NCBI RefSeq assembly: GCF_000195755.1 | Contig: NC_002937.3 | Coordinates: forward strand, 1,890,001 to 1,922,000 | Reading direction: 5' to 3' | DNA: 32,000 nt | Source: Nitratidesulfovibrio vulgaris str. Hildenborough | Lineage (GTDB): Bacteria > Desulfobacterota > Desulfovibrionia > Desulfovibrionales > Desulfovibrionaceae | Shown: positions 8,486 to 16,975 of the stretch, in pieces | How the letters are laid out: each line of letters begins with the position of its first letter | How positions within the stretch are numbered: the first letter of the stretch is position 1 | Program-made: the position numbers and the translations under genes | The notes under the pieces: generated by a model | What the model saw: the letters and a program-made list of their open reading frames with translations, nothing else | The model's database searches: none | What the model was told of the DNA's origin: nothing

Positions 8486-11400
8486 CTAGAACTTCTTGGC
8501 GCGCTGTGCAGCCAATGCCTCCGCCTGTTCGGCGAATGAGGCGAAACCGGCTTGACGCATGGCGTCCTCGACCGTTCTGTTCCAGTCCCAGGTCGCATAG
8601 ATCACAGGCTTGTGGAATGCAGCCCTGAACTGAGCCAGTTCCTGCCTGTAGAACTTCTCCTTGGGTGTATCCATGCTCTCGCGAAGCTGTTCGTGCAGGC
8701 GACGCAGTTCACCTTCGTACCAGTCGCTCAGGTCTTCTGCCTGCGTGTGCTTCTTGAGGATATGACCGTATCCCTTGGTGTCGAGCAACTGACGCAGCTT
8801 GCCGAAGTGCTGTTCACGCAGCCATGCACCGAGTTTCTCTGTCGGGATGTTGTGCGACTCGACTTCAGCCATGTCCAGCTTGGTCTGGTAGTAGGTGTCG
8901 GGCACAACCGAAGCGGACACGATACCCGCGATGGCGACCAGACCACGCAGGATGACGCTGTTGGATACGCCCTGCCCGCAGAAGCCCACCTTGCGACCGT
9001 ATTTCTGACCGGTGAAGATGGTCACGAGAATGGCCCAGACCACTGCCGGGTCTTCTTCGTCATAGATGTGGCCAAGGCTGGCATTGTCACGGTCGGTGGC
9101 AAGCACCATCTGCGTCATGTCGTTGGAACCGATGGAGAAACCATCGAATTCCTCGATGAACTGCTTGGCAAGGACAGCGTTGGCAGGAATCTCGGACATG
9201 AGGATGACCTTGAGACCGTCCACGCCGCTCTTCAGACGATGCACCTGCTCAAGGTAGCGCTTCATGCTACGCGCTTCCTCAAGGGTTCGCACAAAGGGGA
9301 GCATTATCTGAAGGTTCACACCGCCGTAGACACCGCGAGCCAGCTTGAAGGCCTCGACTTCCCAGTCGTGGATGTTACGCGACACGCCACGGTAGCCGAG
9401 CATGGGGTTGTCTTCGTGCTGCTCGAACAGGTTACCGCCCAGCAGGTTACGGTACTCGTTCGACTTGAAGTCGGTGGTACGGTAGACGATGTCCTTTCCG
9501 TAGAACGCCATGGCGAACAGGGCGAGTCCCTGTGCCAGCGTCTGCACATAATGCTCCTTGCCGGTGCGAAAACCGCGTGAACGGATGAGCAGACGGATCT
9601 TCTCGGGAACAGCCCGGACGTCGTCCATGGCGGTCTGCAGACCACTCCGCAGGCCGACCTCGTGACGCAACGAAGCGATCTTGGCGAGGGCCTCCTGCAC
9701 GGCGGGAATCTGCTCGGCACGTTCCACGTGTGCACGGACATTGGCTTCGATCTCGGCGCGACGCTTGAGAATATCCGGGTCGGTACCCGCAAGCAGGGCC
9801 AATTCGTCGTCGTAGCCCATGATGACACGCACATGGTCGGCAAGGTCGACGCTGGTCTTGAGAATATCCATGCGGCGGGTGGCAAGTTCCACATGCTCGT
9901 CGAGCTTGTGGTCGAGTTCACGCATCCGGCGGTGGACAGCCAGCACCTCTTCGGTGCCGCGCAGGTTGTCACGCGAAGCGAGTTCTTCGATTTCAGCTGC
10001 AAGCCCTGTCACATGGCCCACGTATTCACGCAGCTTCATGTCGATGCCGATAAGGCCCGCCGAGAGTTGTTCACGCAGGAGCTTCGACAGGTTGACGTCG
10101 AGTTCCTTGAGCTTGGCGTGGACGACATGCTCGAGTTCGCCGTTGTCGTAGGCTTCAAGGGCACGCGGGTGCACACCGATGTTGCCAAGCATGAACTCGG
10201 CACGCAGAAGGCCGACTTCGAAGTCCTCCACCTCACGCAGACGCGACAGGAACATGGCCTGTCCCACGTCGGCGAGGATGAGCCCGACCTTGGTCTTGGT
10301 GGCGGGCAGCTTCGAAAGGTCCATCTCGCCACCGACTTCGCGCAACGGCAGCATCCCGCGGTAGACACGACCGCGCGTGCCGTCGACGGTGACGTCCTGT
10401 CCATCGAGGGCACGAAGGATTTCGAGGCGCTGGATGCCGATGATGGCCGGAATGCCAAGTTCACGCGAGGTGATGGCCGCGTGGCTGGTGTCACCGCCCA
10501 CGTCGGCAAGGATGGCGGATGCCACGCGCATACCGGGAACCATGTCAGGGTCGGTACGCTCTGCGGCGAGGATGTCACCCTTGTTGATCTTGTTCAGTTC
10601 AAGGGCCGAACGCAGGTACTTGACCCTGCCCTGCCCCGCACCCCGCGAAGCACCGTTGCCTTCGACGATGATTTCGGCACCGGCAGCGGCCTTGGGGTCG
10701 ACTTCAAGACGACGCATGAAGATGGTGTGCGGATGGGTCTCGAATTCTTCGTTCCAGCGGGTCTCGGGACGAGCCTGCACGAACCACAGGCGCTCGCCGG
10801 AGTCGATGCAGAACTCGGTGTCCATGATCATGCTGCCATAGGCGACGCTGATGTTACGCACACCCCGGGCGACCTGTTCGGCCTGCGCCAGTGAAAGCGA
10901 CCAGCGGTACGCCTCGAGGTCGGGAACGGGAACCTTCTTGGTACCGCCCTTCTCGTCGTAGACGATCTTCTTGTCCTTGCAGCCCATCTGGCGCACGACA
11001 ACTTCTGCACCGTCGTCGCGCTGGAACACATAGAACTTGTCGGGGGTGACCATGCCGCCCACGACAGCCTCGCCAAGACCGTAGCTGGCATCGATGGACA
11101 CGAGGTCGCGACGGCTGGTGCCGCGGCACCCGGTGGCCGTGTCTGCGCTGAAGGCGGTACCCGAAATGACCGGGTTGATCATGCGCATCATGCAGACCGA
11201 AAGAGACGTGTTCTCGATGGCCCATTCCTGCTTGGCCTTGATCGCGATGGATTCGTCACCGGTGGCTTCGGCACGGGCAAGGGCGTCGAGAATGGCCTCG
11301 CGGCGGTAGGTCATGGAACGCAGGTTGTACGCCGAAGCGCAGTCCCAGTGGTAGGCGCGGGCCACGCGGGCTTCACCCACCATGTTGAGGTAGGTGTCCT

Positions 11401-12061
11401 GCAGGCCGGCAAAGGCCTTCTTGCGCGAGTCTTCGCCCGCAGCGGACGAACGCACGGCCACGGGCACGTCGTCGGCCCCGGCCTCCTTGCAGATATCGCG
11501 GTAGGCGCGCTTGACCTCGTCCTCGACCTCCTTGGGCAGGTCGACGGACAGAATGCCCGCCTGCACAAGCACCGAACGCTTGCGAAGCTGGTCGATGCCC
11601 TCCGGCGAGGTGGCGAACCCTTCAACGACGTTGTTCACAAAGGTACGCAGCTTGATGAGCGTACCCGGATTGGCCTGCACCTCGGCATGGATGTCCTTGG
11701 CGAGGTTGCGCACGAACTTCTGGAGGAACTCGGGATCACGGTTGATCTCGGTGTCGTTCCAGTCGATCCTGTTGAATTCCTTGTCAACAATGGCACGGAT
11801 GAGCGAGGCGTTGACCTTGGTCTCATCAAGAAGCCTGTGGAAGGCCACAGACGAGATGGCCCGGAACTGCGGGGTTCTTATGCCTTCGACCTGACTGATG
11901 AGCGCAGTGTTGTAGTTCTTGCCGCCCACAAGGAGCTCGGCGTCTTCACCGATGCGCACGATGTCGGCACCGTTGAGGATAAGCTTCTTGGTCAGTTCGG
12001 CGATGTCGGCTTCCGCCGGACGCCCCTTGGCTGCGGGCTTCTCAGCCTGAGTTTTGCCCAT
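8486..12061 (-). CDS. long-form PEP synthase / pyruvate,water dikinase-like PEP-utilising enzyme (~1191 aa)
   Basis: Start reassigned to ATG 12061 (GGAGGAG RBS, MGKTQAEK...). It has the PPDK_N ATP-grasp (VAVRSSAAGEDS...FAG), the phospho-His swivel domain (GGDTSHAAITSRELGIPAI) and PEP-binding barrel motifs (LLRAEFM, NPMLGYRG, FSIGSNDMTQ, FCGQ). It also carries a large internal segment and a C-terminal extension not in E. coli PpsA. Confidence 0.85.
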   Translation of the reverse strand: MGKTQAEKPAAKGRPAEADIAELTKKLILNGADIVRIGEDAELLVGGKNYNTALISQVEGIRTPQFRAISSVAFHRLLDETKVNASLIRAIVDKEFNRIDWNDTEINRDPEFLQKFVRNLAKDIHAEVQANPGTLIKLRTFVNNVVEGFATSPEGIDQLRKRSVLVQAGILSVDLPKEVEDEVKRAYRDICKEAGADDVPVAVRSSAAGEDSRKKAFAGLQDTYLNMVGEARVARAYHWDCASAYNLRSMTYRREAILDALARAEATGDESIAIKAKQEWAIENTSLSVCMMRMINPVISGTAFSADTATGCRGTSRRDLVSIDASYGLGEAVVGGMVTPDKFYVFQRDDGAEVVVRQMGCKDKKIVYDEKGGTKKVPVPDLEAYRWSLSLAQAEQVARGVRNISVAYGSMIMDTEFCIDSGERLWFVQARPETRWNEEFETHPHTIFMRRLEVDPKAAAGAEIIVEGNGASRGAGQGRVKYLRSALELNKINKGDILAAERTDPDMVPGMRVASAILADVGGDTSHAAITSRELGIPAIIGIQRLEILRALDGQDVTVDGTRGRVYRGMLPLREVGGEMDLSKLPATKTKVGLILADVGQAMFLSRLREVEDFEVGLLRAEFMLGNIGVHPRALEAYDNGELEHVVHAKLKELDVNLSKLLREQLSAGLIGIDMKLREYVGHVTGLAAEIEELASRDNLRGTEEVLAVHRRMRELDHKLDEHVELATRRMDILKTSVDLADHVRVIMGYDDELALLAGTDPDILKRRAEIEANVRAHVERAEQIPAVQEALAKIASLRHEVGLRSGLQTAMDDVRAVPEKIRLLIRSRGFRTGKEHYVQTLAQGLALFAMAFYGKDIVYRTTDFKSNEYRNLLGGNLFEQHEDNPMLGYRGVSRNIHDWEVEAFKLARGVYGGVNLQIMLPFVRTLEEARSMKRYLEQVHRLKSGVDGLKVILMSEIPANAVLAKQFIEEFDGFSIGSNDMTQMVLATDRDNASLGHIYDEEDPAVVWAILVTIFTGQKYGRKVGFCGQGVSNSVILRGLVAIAGIVSASVVPDTYYQTKLDMAEVESHNIPTEKLGAWLREQHFGKLRQLLDTKGYGHILKKHTQAEDLSDWYEGELRRLHEQLRESMDTPKEKFYRQELAQFRAAFHKPVIYATWDWNRTVEDAMRQAGFASFAEQAEALAAQRAKKF

Positions 12062-12204
12062 TGTGACTCCTCCTCTAGGGGGATGCTGGAGTGGCTTGCG
12101 CCGTGATTCTCCGAGAACCGGAACAGTCATTCGCACGGTTGCCGACAGGCTCCGTCACCGGACACCGGCCGACAACCGTGCGCGTTCGTTGAACGGGTCT
12201 TCCG

Positions 12205-15200
12205 CTACGCGTCGAGACGTTCTCCGCAGTAGGGGCAGAAATCGATTCCGTCAAGCGTTATGGGATGTCCACACGCATGATTAGGGCACATTTTGGGGAT
12301 GGGGCAGAGCTCGACGACGAGTTCACCTTCGCGGACGGCCACCATCTGCTTGCTCTCGCGGTAGTCGGCGGTCTTGAGCACGCGCTTGACCATGGCGTCC
12401 ATGGGGGCAAGTACCGCCTTCTCCTGCTTCATGATGGACACGTTGAACAACTCTTCGCCCTTCTTTACCACATCACCGGGGTGGACGTACATCACCCACA
12501 GGTCTCCGTTGCTCGGCGCAGCCACATGCATGGGATTGGCCCTGTCGGCCATCTCAACGCCCTTGATGTCGGCGACGCTGGACTGCTTCACCTGCGCCTC
12601 GCAACTCATGATCTCGGAGTCGAGCACATAGCGGATGACGCTGTACCCTGCGTCGTTGGGACGCGAGATGCTGAGGATGACGAGATGATGCGGCTTGCCG
12701 CTGCTGTCGGTGAAGTTGAGTTCCTCGCCGGGCTGAAGGCCTTCGAACCAGACATCAAGGGGCAGGTTGTTGGCATTGCCGAACCGTGCCTTGAACTGGA
12801 TGGTCTTGATGGCGTCACCGGGGTGGTTCAGGTACATGACGAACTCTTCCTCGGTGGGCTTGCGCCGCACGATGTCGATGAACCCGCGTTCTTCCAGTGC
12901 GAGATCGACAGGGGCAAGCGAGTCAAGCGGAGAGGCTTCGGTTCTGCTTGCCATGGCCTTGCGCCATTCATTGCCGAAGGCGCTGCGGTACACCCACTCG
13001 TCGGGGAAGCCGAGAGGCAGCCTGCCGAACTTGCCGAGCAGAAGGTCGCGGAAGGCGTCGTTGCAGTCCTGATAGATGGCGAGACGCGCCTTCTTCATGT
13101 CTTCAGACAGGTCGCTCTCGGGATGCCGCGTCACGTTGTCGAGGACTTCAAGAAGGTAGCGAACCTCATCTTCGCCACCGCGCTTGTGGGCACCGGTGAC
13201 GGCAAGGAACGCCGTATTCCAGGTAATCTGGGAACCGGGCGTCACGTCGTGGTAGCGCACGATCTTGCGCGTACCCGCAAGGAACTTGAGCATGTAGGGC
13301 AACAGGTGGATGTAGCCCTGCTTCATGGCCCCTGCCTGTGACGACGACGTCGCCCCGCCGGGCATGCCGTGCTCGACCACGTCGTAATCGATGCCCTGGA
13401 AGTAGGGTGCGCAGTACCTGTCGTAGAAGGGCATCACCTGCTTGAGCACGAAGTTGCAGTCGCGGATCATGGTCTTGTTGAGGTTGGTCCGCAGGCCGAG
13501 TTCATCCTCAAGGTAGGCAGCCATGGAAAGCACATCGCCCTGCCCGTACCAGCGGACCGACGCACCTATGGCCGTGTCGACGATGTGGGCCCCGGCCTTG
13601 GCAGCCGCCCCCACCGCGGGCACGAACAGTCCGTCCGTGTAGTGGCGATGACAATGCAGGACAAGGGACGGCCAACGCTTGCGAAGCGTGCTGACCAGTT
13701 CGGTCATGAACCGGGGGGGGCACACACCCGCCATGTCCTTGAGGCCGAGGATGATGGAACGGGATGCCTGTTCGGGACCGAAGCCCGCGACATCGCCCAC
13801 CATGCGCAGAATCGCCTCCGTCACGCCCACGTAATGCGCCACATCGAAGCCACGCGCCCATGAGAGCGAGAGCGCAGGCTCGAACACCACGTCGTTCCGG
13901 TTGAGTGCGACCTCGGCGAAGGGGCGCATATTCTCAACGTGGTTGAGGAAGTCGAAACAGCGGATGACCTGGTAATGTTCACAGATCATCTCGCCGGTGA
14001 TGCGCATGAGGTTGCGGGGCTGGGGCTTGTAGCCCAGCACGTTGGTCGAGCGGATGAGTATCTGCTTGAGCGTCTTGGGGGCGAACTTGTTCCATTCGGC
14101 GGCTTCACTGAACGGATAGGTCATGTTCGCCATCATGGCGACATGGAAGTGTGCTCCGCCACCGTTCTCAAGCGAGAAGAAGTTGCAGTTGTCGAGATAC
14201 GGCCCCATGAGCGCATCTTCGGCAAGGCGGAAGCGGTTGCCGCTGTTCGACTGGGTGATGTCACGCGCCGTGGTGTCGGTGAAATGCACATGTCCGGCGT
14301 CACGCAGGTAGTCGAGCAAAGCTCCCCGGTCACCATGCGGATACGGCGAAGGGTTGCGTCGAACCTGTCCGGGAATGTGCGGCAACACCGGCTCGAACTT
14401 GGGCATCCGAGGGGTTTCACGGGTGCGGTACTCGCCCAGCTGGACATAGGGGTTGAAGCCCTTGGCGGATATCTCCGCCACAAGACGCGCAAGCCGTTCG
14501 CCTTCGGGGGCGAGGTCGGTGTAGCACATCAGTTCAGGGGTCTCGGCGATGAAGTTGGTGTCGAAGTCGCCAGCGCGGAAACGCGGGTGCTTCATCACCT
14601 GCTTGTAGAACGGGATGGTCGTCTTGAGTCCGCCGATGATGTATTCGGACAGACAACGCTCCATGATGCCCAGGACCTTCTGCCAGCCCTGCCCGTACGT
14701 GATGAGCAGCGAGCCCGCCGAGTCGTAGTTGGGCGGAAACTCGTAGCCAGCGCACATGTTCGAGTCGAGGCGCACACCGGGGCCGCCGGGCGAAACATAG
14801 CGGCTGACAAGCCCGGAGTTGGGCGAGAAGCCCGCCTGCGGGTCTTCGCAGTTGATGCGAACCTGCATGGCGTGGTGGACGGGCTTGGTGTTCTCTTCCG
14901 TGAGGCGCAGCTGTGCACCGAAGGCCACGGCAATCTGCTCTTCCACAAGGTCGATGCCGTAGCGGCATTCGGTGATGCCATGCTCGACCTGAAGCCGGGT
15001 ATTGACCTCGATGAGATAGGCCTCGCCAGAGGCGGTGACCAGGAACTCGACCGTCGCCAGCGAGTGGTAGCCGACCTCACGGACGAGCATCTTCGAGTAT
15101 TCCTTGAGCTTTTCGCGCAGCTCCGGGGTGATGCCCGGCCACGGCGAAGGCGTGATCTCGATGAGCTTCTGGTGATTGCGCTGGATGGAACAGTCGCGTT

Positions 15201-15909
15201 CGTCAAAGGCGAAGGCATTGCCGTACATGTCGGCAATGACCTGAATCTCGATATGGCGCACCGATTCGAGATACTTCTCGACGAAGAGCCGCGGATTGCC
15301 GAACGACGCCTGCGCCATGGTGGACGCCTTGAAGAAGGCATCGTCGAGTTCGCTCTCGTCACGGATGGCGAAAATACCACGACCGCCACCGCCCCCTTCC
15401 GCCTTGAGCATGATGGGGAGGCCGATCTCGTCGATGAGCTTGCGGGCCGTGGGGATGTCGACTGCACCTTCAGACCCCGGTACGACAGGCACACCGAGCT
15501 TGCGGGCGAGTTTGCGAACCTGCACCTTGTTGCCGAGCAGGTTCATGGCCTCGGCGGTGGAACCGATGAAGGTCAGCCCCGCCTCGTGGCACTTGGAGGG
15601 AAAACGGTCGTCTTCGGAGGCGAAACCCCAACCGGGATGGATAGCGACCACGCCACGCTGCTTTGCGAGGCTGATGATGCGGTCGATATCGAGATACGCT
15701 CTGGGGTCGGCACCGAGCAGCAGGAGTTCCTGAGCGGCGGAGGCGGCCGGAGAGGTCTTGTCGACATCAGTGGCGGTCATGACAGCCACGGCGTCGAAAC
15801 GTTCGCGTATGGAGCGGCATATACGGCGTGCCGGGATGCCCCGGTTTGCAACCAGAATAGCCTTGCCCCGAACCTCTTCCATCACCTGTTCAAACGTCTT
15901 GATGGCCAT
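12205..15909 (-). CDS. pyc: pyruvate carboxylase, single-chain (biotin carboxylase + carboxyltransferase + biotinyl domain) with a Cys-rich C-terminal tail
   Basis: 1234-aa ORF with an N-terminal BC domain (ILVANRGIPARRI, ATP-grasp GGGGRG), a central HMGL-like carboxyltransferase domain (FSLENGGGAHFHVA...) and a C-terminal biotinyl-lipoyl domain whose Lys sits in SIMKQE. It ends with CPIPKMCPNHACGHPITLDGIDFCPYCGERLDA. Confidence 0.9.
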   Translation of the reverse strand: MAIKTFEQVMEEVRGKAILVANRGIPARRICRSIRERFDAVAVMTATDVDKTSPAASAAQELLLLGADPRAYLDIDRIISLAKQRGVVAIHPGWGFASEDDRFPSKCHEAGLTFIGSTAEAMNLLGNKVQVRKLARKLGVPVVPGSEGAVDIPTARKLIDEIGLPIMLKAEGGGGGRGIFAIRDESELDDAFFKASTMAQASFGNPRLFVEKYLESVRHIEIQVIADMYGNAFAFDERDCSIQRNHQKLIEITPSPWPGITPELREKLKEYSKMLVREVGYHSLATVEFLVTASGEAYLIEVNTRLQVEHGITECRYGIDLVEEQIAVAFGAQLRLTEENTKPVHHAMQVRINCEDPQAGFSPNSGLVSRYVSPGGPGVRLDSNMCAGYEFPPNYDSAGSLLITYGQGWQKVLGIMERCLSEYIIGGLKTTIPFYKQVMKHPRFRAGDFDTNFIAETPELMCYTDLAPEGERLARLVAEISAKGFNPYVQLGEYRTRETPRMPKFEPVLPHIPGQVRRNPSPYPHGDRGALLDYLRDAGHVHFTDTTARDITQSNSGNRFRLAEDALMGPYLDNCNFFSLENGGGAHFHVAMMANMTYPFSEAAEWNKFAPKTLKQILIRSTNVLGYKPQPRNLMRITGEMICEHYQVIRCFDFLNHVENMRPFAEVALNRNDVVFEPALSLSWARGFDVAHYVGVTEAILRMVGDVAGFGPEQASRSIILGLKDMAGVCPPRFMTELVSTLRKRWPSLVLHCHRHYTDGLFVPAVGAAAKAGAHIVDTAIGASVRWYGQGDVLSMAAYLEDELGLRTNLNKTMIRDCNFVLKQVMPFYDRYCAPYFQGIDYDVVEHGMPGGATSSSQAGAMKQGYIHLLPYMLKFLAGTRKIVRYHDVTPGSQITWNTAFLAVTGAHKRGGEDEVRYLLEVLDNVTRHPESDLSEDMKKARLAIYQDCNDAFRDLLLGKFGRLPLGFPDEWVYRSAFGNEWRKAMASRTEASPLDSLAPVDLALEERGFIDIVRRKPTEEEFVMYLNHPGDAIKTIQFKARFGNANNLPLDVWFEGLQPGEELNFTDSSGKPHHLVILSISRPNDAGYSVIRYVLDSEIMSCEAQVKQSSVADIKGVEMADRANPMHVAAPSNGDLWVMYVHPGDVVKKGEELFNVSIMKQEKAVLAPMDAMVKRVLKTADYRESKQMVAVREGELVVELCPIPKMCPNHACGHPITLDGIDFCPYCGERLDA

Positions 15910-15993
15910 TCACTCCTCGTAGTCAGGGCTGACCGGCAAGCCTTTCGGCCCCCGGGTTGTCTGTACGCGTTGCAGAAGGAATGAAGCAGACAG

Positions 15994-16926
15994 TCACGAA
16001 CCCGGCACAATACTGCCGGAAAGGATGACACGCTCCCCGTCCGGGAAACGCACCCGCAGGCCACCTTCGGACGAAAGCCCCGCTATCCTGCCCGGTTTGT
16101 CGTCTACATCCCCGCCGTGCACAACGATGCCACGGCCCATCCAGGCAAGATGCCGTTCGGCGCAGGAGGGAAACGCCCCGTGACCTGCGCGTCGAATCTC
16201 GTTCAAGTACCAGAAACGCCCGTTCTTCACAAGACTGGCAAACAGGGCCAGCGGGGTAAGATCATATCCCTTTTCAAGCAGGCTGGCGGCACGGACTGCC
16301 CACCCGTCACGCAGCTGTGCAACGGGCGGGGCGAAAGTGCAGTTTATGCCGATTCCGGCAATGATGATGCCTGCACGCTCTTCAAGGAGTATGCCCCCGA
16401 CCTTGCAGTCGTCCAGCAAGATATCGTTGGGCCATTTGAGCTGCACGGGAATGCCTAGCGTACGGAACCCCTCTGCGAGCATGCAGCCCACTGACAGTGC
16501 GGCGTAGTCGGCTGTGAAGGGCGGGTCAGCCGGAAGGCGGAGGGCGGCATACACATTGCCCCGCGGCGAGACCCACGGGCGCCTCAACTGCCCTCGCCCC
16601 GCACTCTGGCTGAGTACGAGCACCATGCCCCATTCGGGCAACGCCCCCCTATCAGTCAGGATGCGTGCGACGTCGAGGCTTGAGGTGGCGTCACCACACA
16701 GGAACAGGGTCTCGTTGCCGGCTGCGAGTTCAAGGACATCCCACTCGCCATCATGGGAACAGCCAACACCCTGCCCTGCGGAGAAAGCCCGCGGCTGGGC
16801 CCCGGCGGGGCAGCCGAATGATTCGAATAATGGCCCCAGAAAGCCTGACCTATCAAGCTCATCCAGCGACAGAGGGGCTGCGACGTCAGCCAGCCCCGCC
16901 GTGAGCATATGAAGCGCCGTCGGCAT
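15994..16926 (-). CDS. birA: biotin--[acetyl-CoA-carboxylase] ligase (BirA, no recognisable N-terminal HTH)
   Basis: ORF 15994-16953. I prefer the ATG at 16926 (GGAG 6 nt upstream), but 16953 is possible. The biotin-ligase signature is SQSAGRGQLRRPWVSPRGN (a GRGRxGRxW variant), then KWPNDILL and an SH3-like C-terminus. It lies directly upstream of pyc. Confidence 0.85.
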   Translation of the reverse strand: MPTALHMLTAGLADVAAPLSLDELDRSGFLGPLFESFGCPAGAQPRAFSAGQGVGCSHDGEWDVLELAAGNETLFLCGDATSSLDVARILTDRGALPEWGMVLVLSQSAGRGQLRRPWVSPRGNVYAALRLPADPPFTADYAALSVGCMLAEGFRTLGIPVQLKWPNDILLDDCKVGGILLEERAGIIIAGIGINCTFAPPVAQLRDGWAVRAASLLEKGYDLTPLALFASLVKNGRFWYLNEIRRAGHGAFPSCAERHLAWMGRGIVVHGGDVDDKPGRIAGLSSEGGLRVRFPDGERVILSGSIVPGS

Positions 16927-16975
16927 CGTATTCTCCGACCTTTTGCGAACCATCGTTCTTTGCTAGGGTTCGGCC

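Noticed and set aside
8143-8628. 161-aa plus-strand ORF and the 123-aa minus-strand ORF (8227-8598) spanning the island and the pps 3' end.
   Set aside because: They overlap the pps-like coding region and its hairpin. They have no RBS, an odd composition and no recognisable domains. They are most likely chance ORFs in lower-GC DNA.
12062-12136. N-terminal 25-codon extension of the pps-like ORF (MRMTVPVLGESRRK...). Analogous upstream extensions occur for fbp (22452-22508), mrp (26681-26827), pcm (28103-28147), bamD (18960-19010), the PilZ gene (5517-5705) and the CBS gene (28249-28296).
   Set aside because: In each case an internal ATG or GTG has a much better Shine-Dalgarno sequence. It also yields an N-terminus matching the family, or a proper signal peptide. 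The extensions have non-coding-like composition.
13713-13720. G8 homopolymer inside pyc. A G8 run also sits in bamD (18865-18872), and C7 runs occur at 8401-8407 and 27105-27111. These could be phase-variation tracts.
   Set aside because: They encode in-frame Pro-Pro/Pro-Arg stretches in intact housekeeping genes. There is no evidence of on/off switching, and such runs are expected in high-GC genomes. They are worth remembering only as likely sequencing-error hotspots, as with the corC frameshift.
13939-15984. 681-aa ORF on the plus strand, antisense to pyruvate carboxylase. Similar long antisense ORFs occur at 12265-13341, 9662-10894, 8552-9580, 11348-12106, 21447-22778, 22466-23503, 28941-30125 and 19258-20190.
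   Set aside because: These look like shadow ORFs of high-GC coding DNA. Their translations are Arg/Gly/Ala/Val/His-rich with no recognisable motifs. The opposite strand encodes full-length, motif-rich, well-known proteins.
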